A stretch of DNA of 37,249 bases from a virus. Both the position numbers and the translations under genes were made by a program. The stretch lies in the IMG/VR virus record IMGVR_UViG_3300044984_000814, positions 1 to 37,249 of that record, one strand, 5' to 3'. Positions 24,793 through 34,497 of this stretch are shown piece after piece (position 1 is the stretch's first letter; each line of letters starts with the position of its first letter). The notes beneath the pieces were generated by a model that saw nothing but the letters and a program-made list of their open reading frames with translations, had not been told where the DNA came from and ran no database searches.

Positions 24793-24917
24793 TTGGTTTT
24801 TTTAACCTTTACTTTGCCAGTGTGCAACTCTTTTTTCAGCTTAGTTTGTTGCTTGTTGGTCAATGGCGATCCCCTGCTGAGCAAATATCCAACCTGCTTC
24901 TTACTTTTGGTTTTCAT
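24789..24917 (-). CDS. Hypothetical small basic protein (42 aa), absent from the ORF track
   Basis: Hand translation gives MKTKSKKQVGYLLSRGSPLTNKQQTKLKKELHTGKVKVKKTK. ATGA overlap with the upstream stop and GTGA overlap with the TerS start. Confidence 0.4.
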   Translation of the reverse strand: MKTKSKKQVGYLLSRGSPLTNKQQTKLKKELHTGKVKVKKTK

Positions 24918-27900
24918 TTTGAGTCAATTTCAGATTGGGCTTCAGCCTCGCTCTCTTTGATCCCATTGATCATTTTTGACATAGCTTCTGCAAAAGGTGG
25001 ATCATTACCCATTTGGTCGGTTATTTCTGCTAGCCCCGCCTTAGTCGTGAGCATTTTAGCAATCATACTTGAATACGCCTTTTCTGTGGCTGCCGACCCA
25101 ACATCACGGGCGATAACATCCAAGAATGGTTCAAGTGCTCCACGACCAAACGCAGCAGACATTATTCTGTTTTGAACAAATGACCCAAGCCCTTCGGCAA
25201 GATACGCTGAAACTCCTCCGGCTCCAACAACTGCTCTTACCTCGTTTGAGTTTGTTTTTTTGCCAGAAGCCTGTGATGCCTGAATCATTTTTTGCGCTGC
25301 GACAAATTTATTAGTAGTTCTGTCGCCAAGAACAAGTTTCATTTTTTTAATTAACTCCCGACCTTCTTGACTTGATGCTTGCCCGGGAAGTTGTCCAGTG
25401 TCTTTCAGGAATCTTCCGGCATCGGGCATGGCAATAAACGGTGCTTTCGCAAGTGGTTTCCCAGTTGCAGAGTAAGACCCTAAAAGCTCATACATGAAAT
25501 CTTTTGAAAATGCTTTGCGCTCCTCAACTGGCATTGAATACCAAATTTTTGAAACGTTGCCAGACGAAACGTTTTTAGATATTGCTGATGATGCAAGTTC
25601 TCCATTTGTGAGCTTGTCCCATCTTTTATTGATGGCCAACTCAATAATTTTATTGTCTGCGAATTTTTCTAATTCTTCCTCAGCCGCTTTTTTCTGGGCA
25701 ATGGTTGAAATAACCTTTTTTGTTTGATCTTCTCCAATGGCGGAAGACAACATTGATATGTCACCACTCGTCAAGTTGTCCACGTTCAACCTTTGAACTT
25801 GGAACGCTCTATTCAGATCGTCAAGTTTCTTCGACATTGTTTTTCCAGCAGAATCACCCCAAAGAGCATTAATCATCTCTGGATTATAGTCAATAGTTTT
25901 TGGCGCAACTCCGGCTTTAGATGTAAGGCCAATACTTGAAAAATAAGCCTGTTTTAATTGTTCTCTTATTGCTGGCTCAACTGAATTCCCTTCAGCATCT
26001 TTAGCTAGGCTGACTGCCCGCAAAACATCAGTAGTGTTTCTTGGGTCTGAAAGCGCATTATCAACAATTTGAGATGGAGATAATTTAGTGTCACCAAGTG
26101 CTTGTTTCAAGGCAGCTCCAGGAGATGTTCTCTCATAAAGCAAGCGGTCTGAGGAATGTGACGCATTCACTGCTTTCCACTTATCCAACATTCCTTTTCC
26201 TTCTGCTAAACCATCAACATATTTGTTGAATTTCGTCGAAATCAGAGATGCCAAGTTTTTGGAAGGATCTCCTTTTCCTGTTGTTCCACCAGCTGGAACG
26301 GCAGCAGCCAGTTCTTTTTGTAGTGAAGCAACATCTTGGAAAGTAAGTGAATTCCCAAATTTAGAAAGCTCATCAAGATTGGCCTGAACCTCTGGAGTAA
26401 GTTTGGTTTCCCCACTTTGAATCTTGCTTCTTAATTCTTTTGCCAATACTGAATTTTGCTTCAAGTCGTCAATTCGACCCATAAGTGAATAAATGCCACT
26501 GGCATCAGTTGTTTTAAACCCTTCGCGCCTTGTCTCGTTCAACAACGAACTAATTTTTTTCTTGGCGTCATCAAATGAAACATCTGCTCCAGCCCTGTCC
26601 ATTTCGTCATAGAAATTATCATAGTTTTTTTGGTTTATTTTGATTTCCGTGTCCTCGGCTTCACGAAGTAACTTGTTTAGTGCCTTACCTGCTGGCTCCT
26701 TGTTGAATTGCGGGACTTGAAGTTTTTCAAGTTTGCGATCAAAATGCTGAGTTAGCATATTTTTCGCTCGTTGGTCTTTTCCCGCTATTTCGTCAACAAG
26801 ACTCGCTTGCTGTTGTTTAAGCCTTGCTATTCCACTTTGAGCAATGCGTTCTGGATTACCTGCACCATTCCAAGATTGAACAATGTTTCCAAGTTGCTCC
26901 ATGTTCTTGTTTAGCCGTTGAGCGTTGCGACTACCGGGATACATTGAACTTAGGATTTTTTGAGATTCCAAGGCGGCCTCTCCAAATTTGGTACCAACTG
27001 GGACCTCGACATTATATCCAGATGATTCTAATATATTGCTTGCATTCTTTAAACTTCGCTCAAGCTCATTTACTACGGGACGACCCATTCTTCTAGATAT
27101 GAATTTAGATGTTCCCGCAGTAGCTACATCAATAGGAAACGATATCGCTCCAACAATACCTTGTCTTGTTATAACTTCCATTGGTTGCAAATCAACACCA
27201 AGAGCTTTTCTGATTGCTATGTCTTGCAGTCCAGATGTTGCCGCATAAAGTCCGGAACTTAACGCAGCAGAACCAAAAACACTTGGTGCGCCAGCAATCC
27301 CTCCACCAACTGCCGCTACTGTTGGCAACGCTTGAGTTGATGCCCCAGCCCCAAAAGCAGCAACATCTCCCCATGTTGTCCCGTAATCATTTGCCTTTAT
27401 AAATTTGTCACCCTTGCGGACGAACGCTTCATTTTTACCATCGACAACAACAGGAACAACCTCTTTGTATTTACCTTTGAGCCATGACACGCGATCTTCA
27501 TCTGTTGGCAATGCAGCAAGAGCAAATCGTTCTTTTCCGCTCAAACCGGAGTCAATATCAATATTTTCAGGATCAACATTAAACGCTCGGCTAGCAACAT
27601 CAATCAGATTTGACCTTGTTTGCTCTTGGTTGACTACCGGTGACTGAAAGTAAGGAGCATAAGAAGATGGATACTTTGGCATCGGCATAGTTGTTTGCCT
27701 AGATACGTAACTTCCTTCTTCCAGTTCTTTAAATGATTCTTTCTGTGACTCTTGAAGTTTGCTTTTTTCTGTTTCTTGTTGTTGGGCAAAAGATGACTCA
27801 AGATCCATTTTTGCATTGTTTAGCAAAATGAGATCATTTAGATAGTCTGCCTTTTGATCCGAGTTTTCTGCATTTTCCAATGCAAATCCAACTCCCCGAA

Positions 27901-27955
27901 TAGCTTCTGAGAGTTTCTTTGCTTGTCCCTTAAAGTCTGTGATTTCTTGTTCCAT
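24914..27955 (-). CDS. Large internal virion / ejection-type protein (1013 aa)
   Basis: Mostly helical composition with Gly/Ala-rich hydrophobic segments (AAFGAGASTQALPTVAAVGGGIAGAPSVFGSAAL). Called on position and size only. Confidence 0.4.
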   Translation of the reverse strand: MEQEITDFKGQAKKLSEAIRGVGFALENAENSDQKADYLNDLILLNNAKMDLESSFAQQQETEKSKLQESQKESFKELEEGSYVSRQTTMPMPKYPSSYAPYFQSPVVNQEQTRSNLIDVASRAFNVDPENIDIDSGLSGKERFALAALPTDEDRVSWLKGKYKEVVPVVVDGKNEAFVRKGDKFIKANDYGTTWGDVAAFGAGASTQALPTVAAVGGGIAGAPSVFGSAALSSGLYAATSGLQDIAIRKALGVDLQPMEVITRQGIVGAISFPIDVATAGTSKFISRRMGRPVVNELERSLKNASNILESSGYNVEVPVGTKFGEAALESQKILSSMYPGSRNAQRLNKNMEQLGNIVQSWNGAGNPERIAQSGIARLKQQQASLVDEIAGKDQRAKNMLTQHFDRKLEKLQVPQFNKEPAGKALNKLLREAEDTEIKINQKNYDNFYDEMDRAGADVSFDDAKKKISSLLNETRREGFKTTDASGIYSLMGRIDDLKQNSVLAKELRSKIQSGETKLTPEVQANLDELSKFGNSLTFQDVASLQKELAAAVPAGGTTGKGDPSKNLASLISTKFNKYVDGLAEGKGMLDKWKAVNASHSSDRLLYERTSPGAALKQALGDTKLSPSQIVDNALSDPRNTTDVLRAVSLAKDAEGNSVEPAIREQLKQAYFSSIGLTSKAGVAPKTIDYNPEMINALWGDSAGKTMSKKLDDLNRAFQVQRLNVDNLTSGDISMLSSAIGEDQTKKVISTIAQKKAAEEELEKFADNKIIELAINKRWDKLTNGELASSAISKNVSSGNVSKIWYSMPVEERKAFSKDFMYELLGSYSATGKPLAKAPFIAMPDAGRFLKDTGQLPGQASSQEGRELIKKMKLVLGDRTTNKFVAAQKMIQASQASGKKTNSNEVRAVVGAGGVSAYLAEGLGSFVQNRIMSAAFGRGALEPFLDVIARDVGSAATEKAYSSMIAKMLTTKAGLAEITDQMGNDPPFAEAMSKMINGIKESEAEAQSEIDSK

Positions 27956-29661
27956 TATTTGGATGGCTGTGTGTATTTGTCGATGACGGATTGAACATCA
28001 GGCGCAAACAACGTGGAATCTTTGCTTTTTGTGGAAAGCCCCGTATTAGAAAAACCTTCAATACCTGATTCTGGAATCTTCATTCTATTGCGAAGTTGCA
28101 AGTATGCCTCTTGGGTTTTAGCGTTTTGCTCCTTAGTTATTTTGCCTTCTTTTATAGCTTTTTCCCGCTCTTCAGGACTTCCGTTTGAAGCATTAAACAT
28201 TTTAATAGTCATGTTTTGAAGCCTATTCCTTAAGTCATCTTTATTTGTTGCTGCTGAAAGGTTTCCATATTGCTGCCAAAATAGAGGCCATTCTTTTTCC
28301 GTCATGTTTCCTGCTGCCGCTCCAGTTGGGGATTTGTCCCTCATGTCTTGCATGACATTAAATGCAATATTTGCATTTATTGAACCAAGCTTTTCTACAA
28401 CCTGTCCCGATGGTGTGCCGGGAACAATCTTGCCAAACCATTCGCCTACTTTTGCTCCGATTGGACTATCTGGCAAATTAGGAATCTCATTAAGTGTTTG
28501 CGCCGCCATGTCAAACATTTGATTTGTTGACGCTGCTTTTTGCCTTACTGCTTCGACTTTAGCTTCTTTTGCTGCTTCAGCTTTTGCTCCGCCTCCGCGA
28601 GTAATTTTTAATCCACCTTCAGGACTTAATTCAAATGTTTCTCCAGCCTGCCCGCCAATGTCTGTTCCACTAACCATAAAGCTGCCATCAGCAAGAGGTC
28701 TAGCATTAACTCGGAATCCTTGGGCAGCCAAACCTTGAACTTGTGCCGCAGTCATCTGGGTTTCCGCCTTTTTTTCTTTTTCAATTGGAGTTCCCCTTGG
28801 CGTCAATTTTGAATCATCTTGAGTTGCTGAAGGTGTAATATCAAGTCCAGCTTGAACAGCTTGAGATTGATCTTGTTCAATTGGTAATCCGACTGTTGGC
28901 GTTCCATCAATATAGCCTGCGCTAGCTATGTCGATAGCAGCTTGAGCTTCTTTAGACAATGTTGGAACATTTCCTTGCCTATCAGGTAGAACCATTCCAG
29001 TATCAACAGCTTGTGTTGATCCCATTGGCATAGCAGGCGCAACAAAAGCCCCGCCTTGCTCAAGAACCCTTTCAGCTGGAAGGCCTTTGGCATAACCCTG
29101 AAGATCAATGATTTTTAGTTTTGTGGAAGGATCATAATAATTGCCAAAGTCGTCCATAAGCGTTGACACTTCAAGGCCACCAACAATCGCTTTTTCAGAT
29201 TTTAGTTTTGTTGGCTTATTTGCCTCGGCTTGCAACTCAGCTATTTTTGAGGCAGTTGCTTGTTTGTATCGCTCTTTTTCAACACCCAGCTCATTAGCCT
29301 TCATTCCAAAACTTAGAACATTGGTGATTGCATTTGACGCCTGTTGAGCATAAGCGGCGGCTTCTATTGGAGACACATTTGGATCGTTGATCTTGTCCAA
29401 ATAAGGGGTCAAGCTTGATTTAACATCAATACCAAGGCTTTCGCCCATCTTGATTGCACTCTCGATGCCAGTTACCGCAGCTTTAGTCCCCGCTTCTAGT
29501 TTTTTACGCTCCGCCTTTGCCTCTCCGTATTTCTTAATACCACCAGCAATCTGGCTTCCAAGGTTAGCCATCCCTTCCGCTTGAATATCAGCAGCACGGG
29601 TAAATCCTGAGTAGTCCTGAACAAACAGGCGCGGGTCAATGGTTGATCCTAGTAATGCCAT
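27955..29661 (-). CDS. Virion-associated protein (568 aa), function unknown
   Basis: Long co-oriented ORF between two other large structural-type genes. Confidence 0.4.
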   Translation of the reverse strand: MALLGSTIDPRLFVQDYSGFTRAADIQAEGMANLGSQIAGGIKKYGEAKAERKKLEAGTKAAVTGIESAIKMGESLGIDVKSSLTPYLDKINDPNVSPIEAAAYAQQASNAITNVLSFGMKANELGVEKERYKQATASKIAELQAEANKPTKLKSEKAIVGGLEVSTLMDDFGNYYDPSTKLKIIDLQGYAKGLPAERVLEQGGAFVAPAMPMGSTQAVDTGMVLPDRQGNVPTLSKEAQAAIDIASAGYIDGTPTVGLPIEQDQSQAVQAGLDITPSATQDDSKLTPRGTPIEKEKKAETQMTAAQVQGLAAQGFRVNARPLADGSFMVSGTDIGGQAGETFELSPEGGLKITRGGGAKAEAAKEAKVEAVRQKAASTNQMFDMAAQTLNEIPNLPDSPIGAKVGEWFGKIVPGTPSGQVVEKLGSINANIAFNVMQDMRDKSPTGAAAGNMTEKEWPLFWQQYGNLSAATNKDDLRNRLQNMTIKMFNASNGSPEEREKAIKEGKITKEQNAKTQEAYLQLRNRMKIPESGIEGFSNTGLSTKSKDSTLFAPDVQSVIDKYTQPSK

Positions 29662-29662
29662 A

Positions 29663-30730
29663 TTATTTAATAAGTTTGTAATTCACTGCTTTGAAGCCGT
29701 CGATCACAGAAACTGCTTCCGGCGTGATCATCTCAACCTCGTCTGCCATCACACCATAATACAGTGTGCTAGGTTCTGACTTATAGCGGAAGGTGTAGGT
29801 ATTGTGGCCACCTGGAGTGCGACCCGTTGGGGTGACATCAAACTTTAAGCGTGGGTCAGAGTATTGTTTACCAATGGCACTGCCGACGGCGGCTCCAACA
29901 GGACCACCCAACACGGCCCCACCAATCGTGCCAATCATGCTCCCCATCCCCGCTCCATATGATGCCTGTGCTTGTGCGTTGGCCGCTTGAGCAGCAACTT
30001 GATTTTGTCTTTCGGCTGCACCAAGATTAAGACCAGTATCTGGATTAATCAAGCCCGGAGTGCCACGGCCAATTTGTCCCATTCCCATTCCGAGCATTTG
30101 TTGTCCAGATTGATACGACAGCGGTTGTTGACTCAGCAGAGCCAGTCCCGGTTGTGTGTAGAAGCCCTGAGCCGCTGAATACGATTGCTGTGCAGCTTGC
30201 GCTGCTTCAGCCCGTTTGCGCGCCATGACGTCTTCGCGTCCCATCGCCTCACCAACAATGCCAAGATTGCCCCCGAGTCTTCCTGACGCTTGAAAGCTTT
30301 CTCGTGCAAGTTGCTCGTATCCTCGACGTTCTTGTGGACTAACTCCTTGTGCAGACGCTCTGGCTCGTTCGGCTTCAGTAGCAAATCCCTGAACTGCCGC
30401 TGCCTGTTCTGGTGAAAGACCTTGCATAACACCACGGGCCAATCCCGCTTGTCCAGCCATTTGACCCAGTTCGCCCTCACGCGCCGCTCCCAGTTGTTGT
30501 CCAGCTTCTTGTGACGCCATTCGACTCAGGCCGAACAATCCTTCTTGTCCGCCGACACCACCCAAGAAGCTGGAAATGTCTCCAAGATTAAGCTTTTGGA
30601 ACTCTGGACGGAATTCCTTTTCAAAACCAAGAACTGAAGGAAGTGCTTGTCCATAAGCTGCAACATATTTGCTTATGTCCTTAGCGTAATTTGCTTTTGG
30701 TGCTTTCACCTCATCTGGCTTTGATCCCAT
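29663..30730 (-). CDS. Q/A/G-rich virion protein with glycine-zipper segment and C-terminal Peptidase_S74-type intramolecular chaperone domain
   Basis: The C-terminal YSDPRLKFDV...YTFRYK...YYGVMADEVEMITPEAV...VNYKLI matches the auto-cleaving chaperone domain of tailspikes and fibres. It is preceded by GSMIGTIGGAVLGGPVGAAVGSAIG. Confidence 0.6.
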   Translation of the reverse strand: MGSKPDEVKAPKANYAKDISKYVAAYGQALPSVLGFEKEFRPEFQKLNLGDISSFLGGVGGQEGLFGLSRMASQEAGQQLGAAREGELGQMAGQAGLARGVMQGLSPEQAAAVQGFATEAERARASAQGVSPQERRGYEQLARESFQASGRLGGNLGIVGEAMGREDVMARKRAEAAQAAQQSYSAAQGFYTQPGLALLSQQPLSYQSGQQMLGMGMGQIGRGTPGLINPDTGLNLGAAERQNQVAAQAANAQAQASYGAGMGSMIGTIGGAVLGGPVGAAVGSAIGKQYSDPRLKFDVTPTGRTPGGHNTYTFRYKSEPSTLYYGVMADEVEMITPEAVSVIDGFKAVNYKLIK

Positions 30731-30737
30731 ATTTTTA

Positions 30738-31061
30738 TTATTTGAGTTTTGAGTAAAATTTTTGCATGTCGTGCATTCTTATCCGAGTAGAATTCTTAAA
30801 TTCACGCTGGTATGCGATGTATTTAAAGTCATCTCGGAATTTTCTAAGAGATTTCTGCATGTCTCCGACGCACATGGTAACGAAGAGCGTGTTGGAATGG
30901 TAAAGCTCACAGGCTTGCTTTGGATTTTCATTTTGAGCGTAGAAGCATAAGGCGAAACATTCAGAATCAGAAATAACAACGCCAAAGCATAGATGCCAAT
31001 AAAGCAATTTATGAAAGTCTTCTCCATATATCTTTAGTGCTTCTGTAACATGCTGATTCAT
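30738..31061 (-). CDS. Hypothetical Cys/His/Phe/Tyr-rich protein (107 aa), AT-rich gene
   Basis: ATG 31061 lies just after the fibre stop. The track start at 31124 would overlap the fibre gene. No family recognised. Confidence 0.45.
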   Translation of the reverse strand: MNQHVTEALKIYGEDFHKLLYWHLCFGVVISDSECFALCFYAQNENPKQACELYHSNTLFVTMCVGDMQKSLRKFRDDFKYIAYQREFKNSTRIRMHDMQKFYSKLK

Positions 31062-31062
31062 T

Positions 31063-31800
31063 TCAACCAAACACCAACAATGAATTATTGGAAAGATTTG
31101 CTGGAGAACCACCCGTGGCTTCAATTAACAGATTGAATTGCGTTGTTGTGTGAGAGCTTGGATTTGACGCGAAACCATTAATAGTAGTTCCTGAATCATA
31201 AACACCCCCAACGACAACATAAGCAGTAGATGGCAAAGCTGTTGTCATCGTGACAGTGAATAATCCAGTTCCGGTTTTAAGAACAGATGCGATATTTCCA
31301 CTCGCATAAAGATATCTATTGGTATTTGCAAAATCAAGTCCACCTGTGGAATTTCGACCAGCGTCAAATGCACACCATGCTCTTGCTCCATAAATAGGAG
31401 CGGTTCCTGTTTGCGCTCCGTTAAGTTTTGGAGCCGTGATTGACGCATCAACAATATTGGATGTCGTTACGGTTGCTCCAGCAGGAAAAGCCCCACTCCC
31501 TAATTTTGATGGATCGATAGCAGCAGCCGCATTGATGTCGGCATTAAGAATAGTGCCATCAAGAATATTACTTGAAGTAACTGCCCCAGCAGAAATTGAA
31601 TTTGCCGTAACAGCCCCGGTAGCAAGCTCATTTGCAGTAATCCCCTGAGAACGGACTTTTAGCTGACCAGAAGCGACCTCAAGGGTAGTTCCCAAAATGG
31701 CGTCTGAAGTCATCGTCGTTTGATCGATGATATTGTTCATTTTCGAGCTAGTGATCGTGTCAGTGGCTGTAAATGTATAAGTTGTATTGACTGCGCCCAT
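31063..31800 (-). CDS. Tail fibre protein
   Basis: Reiterated fibre-type N-terminal motifs ITANELATGAVTANSISAGAVTSSNILDGTILNADI ... ITAPKLNG. Confidence 0.65.
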   Translation of the reverse strand: MGAVNTTYTFTATDTITSSKMNNIIDQTTMTSDAILGTTLEVASGQLKVRSQGITANELATGAVTANSISAGAVTSSNILDGTILNADINAAAAIDPSKLGSGAFPAGATVTTSNIVDASITAPKLNGAQTGTAPIYGARAWCAFDAGRNSTGGLDFANTNRYLYASGNIASVLKTGTGLFTVTMTTALPSTAYVVVGGVYDSGTTINGFASNPSSHTTTQFNLLIEATGGSPANLSNNSLLVFG

Positions 31801-31803
31801 GTT

Positions 31804-34497
31804 TTATTTCTGTGAAACGATTTGCCTATTTGTTACTGAACCCGCGACTTTGATTGAATTGATCTTGGGTGATCCGATGGTTCTTGTCAAGATCATAGTT
31901 CCAGTGTATCCCCTGATTCCTGCCAGCCTGCATCGAATGCTTGCTGTCTCTGCTTCATTTGCAGTGCTTGGAGCTAATACAACACCACCTAAGAACTGAG
32001 TAGTTGTCCCAATCTCGGAAGCATTGTCTGGATCTTCTGCTGCAAAGGCTATTGAATACTCTCCCGTATCACCAGCAAGGTTCTGCATGATGATTTGAGC
32101 ATCCGTGAACCTTTTCCGCTCCATCGTCTTCAAATCATAGCCCCGAGTGGTCAATGATGCGTTGATTGGGGCGGTAACAAGCCCTACGCCAACATTTACT
32201 ACGTTAAGACGGTCAACTGAATTCTCAACAGCATCAATTTGATGCAATCCACCATTCCCCGTGACTGCATACAGTTCATTTCTGACTCCAGCTCCTCCCG
32301 TAATAAGGTTTTTAATCAAAAACCGCGAATCACCATATGTGTCTAAAGACTCCCAACCTTTGTTTTTGAAGTTATACACCAAAACCGAGTTGTTTCCATA
32401 AGCGTCATCAGCTCCAACTACGGAGTCAAGTGCAACAGCAAGGTAGTATCGGTTGTCAAACAAGATCCCGACAGCTTCTGATGCGTAATCTTTGTTGATT
32501 CGGTCAATATATGGCTGGATATTTTTTGACACTGGCTCATCAGACCCACGAAGGTTGTAATCATTTAGGAACTCTAGTGAATAAACACCATCATCAGACA
32601 GAAACATCATAGTGTTTCCTCTCATAACCACCGATTTTCGAGCTAGACATCCAATTTCAGACGTAAGTTCTTTTACAGTGCAGTCTAAAAGGCTTCCAAG
32701 TGTCCCTTTTACGATATGTAGGCTGTTCCTGTTGAGAACCACCAGCGCGTCATCATAATATCCGTGCATTCCAACAACGTAGTCGGCTGTCCCACCACTA
32801 ATTCGGAATTGATTCTGAATTTGGTCAAAAGTGGTAGTATCTAGAATGTCGGAAACCGAGATTTCATCAGTAATCTTCCGATTCGTAAAGGAAACCGCAT
32901 TAAATGCTCCAGATTGCTCGTAGTAATAAGGCACCCAAAGTCTTCGCTGGAAGTGAACTCCCCAAGGTGCTCCCGGTTGGTGCATAAAGCCACCACCAAC
33001 GCTAAATCGTCCACCAAATTCAAAAACATCTGTGCTTGACGTATTATAATTCCCAACAGGGGCATACCACTTAATGGTTGTGGTCGTGGCCTCAGTAACT
33101 TGATATTCCTTCCCAAGCATTTCAGCAAAGTCGGGAGTAATGGTTTGCCTTACAACAATAATGTCTCCTATTTTTATAGACACGTTACCAGCAACCGTTG
33201 CTGTCACAAGACCATCAACAATATCAACATCTTTTGCTGTAATGTTAAATGTCTGTGGTTGAGTGTAAGTTCCACCTGGAGACAATGTAAATCCATCTGT
33301 CGCCGTAGCCGCATTAGTATTAAACGTGACTGTCTGGCTGGTAGTGAAAACGTAAGTAAAAGAATCTTGGGTTGGGACCGTAGCAACGACAAACGACCCA
33401 TTCGCGGGCGTTCCACCCGTTAATCCAGCAATAGTAATGGCCGTTCCCACAACCAACCCATGTTCCAGCAAATTCACTAAAACTGATGTGGTTCCAGCTT
33501 GAGAAGCAGAAATAATTGGTCTTCCGTTGGGGAACCATTCAAGAGCCTGTTGACTATCACGGAATAACATTACCTTATCAAATAACTGAATCATATCGGT
33601 GTCTCCACCTAGTGATTGTCCAGAAGGATATGGAATATTCGTTACTGCAAAAGTAGCCAAGTCGATCTTCTTTGCCACAGTATCCATCGCAACAATGGCG
33701 TATTCCTTGTTGTTGGTATTTGGATCACTAAATATACAAGATGCCCTAACGTTGGCGTTGGCTACGTCATTGATCACCATCTGAGACAGCGTTCCAACCT
33801 TGTCCGTTGGTGGGGTGGTCACTCCTATAATCGTGTAGTCAAGTGAGTTTGCATCAAAGTAAGTAAGCTTGTAGTTTCCATTGAACGACGTATCCAAGCC
33901 CGCAATTGTTGCCCAACCTGAAGTGCCAGCATCAAACCCATGGGCCGTAACGGTAATGCGCACGGTATCTGTTGCAGGAATCGTGACATTGGAAATAGTC
34001 TTGGAAGTGGATGTAATTACTTCTGAAACTGGTGAGACAGCAGAAACCGTATATGGGCCAACACCGCCAACCAGCGAATAGGTAATGCTTGATCCGCTTG
34101 CAGTAGTTGCTGTGAAAACACCATTTGGATCAGTGCCAGCAGTGTATCCAATTCCAGCGATATTCAACGTGGAACCATTGGTCAGACCGTGAGCTGATGC
34201 GGTAGTAAGCGTCACAACACCAGCAGTGACAGAGGCAGCAGTAATCAATACGCTTGATCCAATTAAATAGAATGGCAACTGCAAAGGTGTCTCTCCAGTG
34301 GTTAACGCCGTGGTTTTCTCTACAACACCCTTGCGAGGCTTCCAATATCCCTCCATGCGCCCATTCAACGACTCCCGAACCTCGCCCTCTTGGAGCTGGT
34401 TCAACTGAAGTCTTTGGTTCACGCTAAAGAAGCCACGATCAACGTCTTCGCCAATCGCATCATCCCCCGCGCTACCACTCTGGGCGAATTGGGACAT
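31804..34497 (-). CDS. Large beta-rich tail/nozzle-type structural protein (897 aa) with a reiterated ~47-aa insert domain
   Basis: Three clear copies and one weak copy of AHG(L/F)xxGxxxxIAG...NGxF...(S)xxY in the N-terminal half. The C-terminal half looks propeller-like. Called on position. Confidence 0.45.
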   Translation of the reverse strand: MSQFAQSGSAGDDAIGEDVDRGFFSVNQRLQLNQLQEGEVRESLNGRMEGYWKPRKGVVEKTTALTTGETPLQLPFYLIGSSVLITAASVTAGVVTLTTASAHGLTNGSTLNIAGIGYTAGTDPNGVFTATTASGSSITYSLVGGVGPYTVSAVSPVSEVITSTSKTISNVTIPATDTVRITVTAHGFDAGTSGWATIAGLDTSFNGNYKLTYFDANSLDYTIIGVTTPPTDKVGTLSQMVINDVANANVRASCIFSDPNTNNKEYAIVAMDTVAKKIDLATFAVTNIPYPSGQSLGGDTDMIQLFDKVMLFRDSQQALEWFPNGRPIISASQAGTTSVLVNLLEHGLVVGTAITIAGLTGGTPANGSFVVATVPTQDSFTYVFTTSQTVTFNTNAATATDGFTLSPGGTYTQPQTFNITAKDVDIVDGLVTATVAGNVSIKIGDIIVVRQTITPDFAEMLGKEYQVTEATTTTIKWYAPVGNYNTSSTDVFEFGGRFSVGGGFMHQPGAPWGVHFQRRLWVPYYYEQSGAFNAVSFTNRKITDEISVSDILDTTTFDQIQNQFRISGGTADYVVGMHGYYDDALVVLNRNSLHIVKGTLGSLLDCTVKELTSEIGCLARKSVVMRGNTMMFLSDDGVYSLEFLNDYNLRGSDEPVSKNIQPYIDRINKDYASEAVGILFDNRYYLAVALDSVVGADDAYGNNSVLVYNFKNKGWESLDTYGDSRFLIKNLITGGAGVRNELYAVTGNGGLHQIDAVENSVDRLNVVNVGVGLVTAPINASLTTRGYDLKTMERKRFTDAQIIMQNLAGDTGEYSIAFAAEDPDNASEIGTTTQFLGGVVLAPSTANEAETASIRCRLAGIRGYTGTMILTRTIGSPKINSIKVAGSVTNRQIVSQK

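Noticed and set aside
24352-24960. 202-aa plus-strand ORF antisense to TerS and the small upstream gene.
   Set aside because: Codon-aligned antisense frame again. The peptide is low-complexity and Leu/Arg-rich, with no leader motif.
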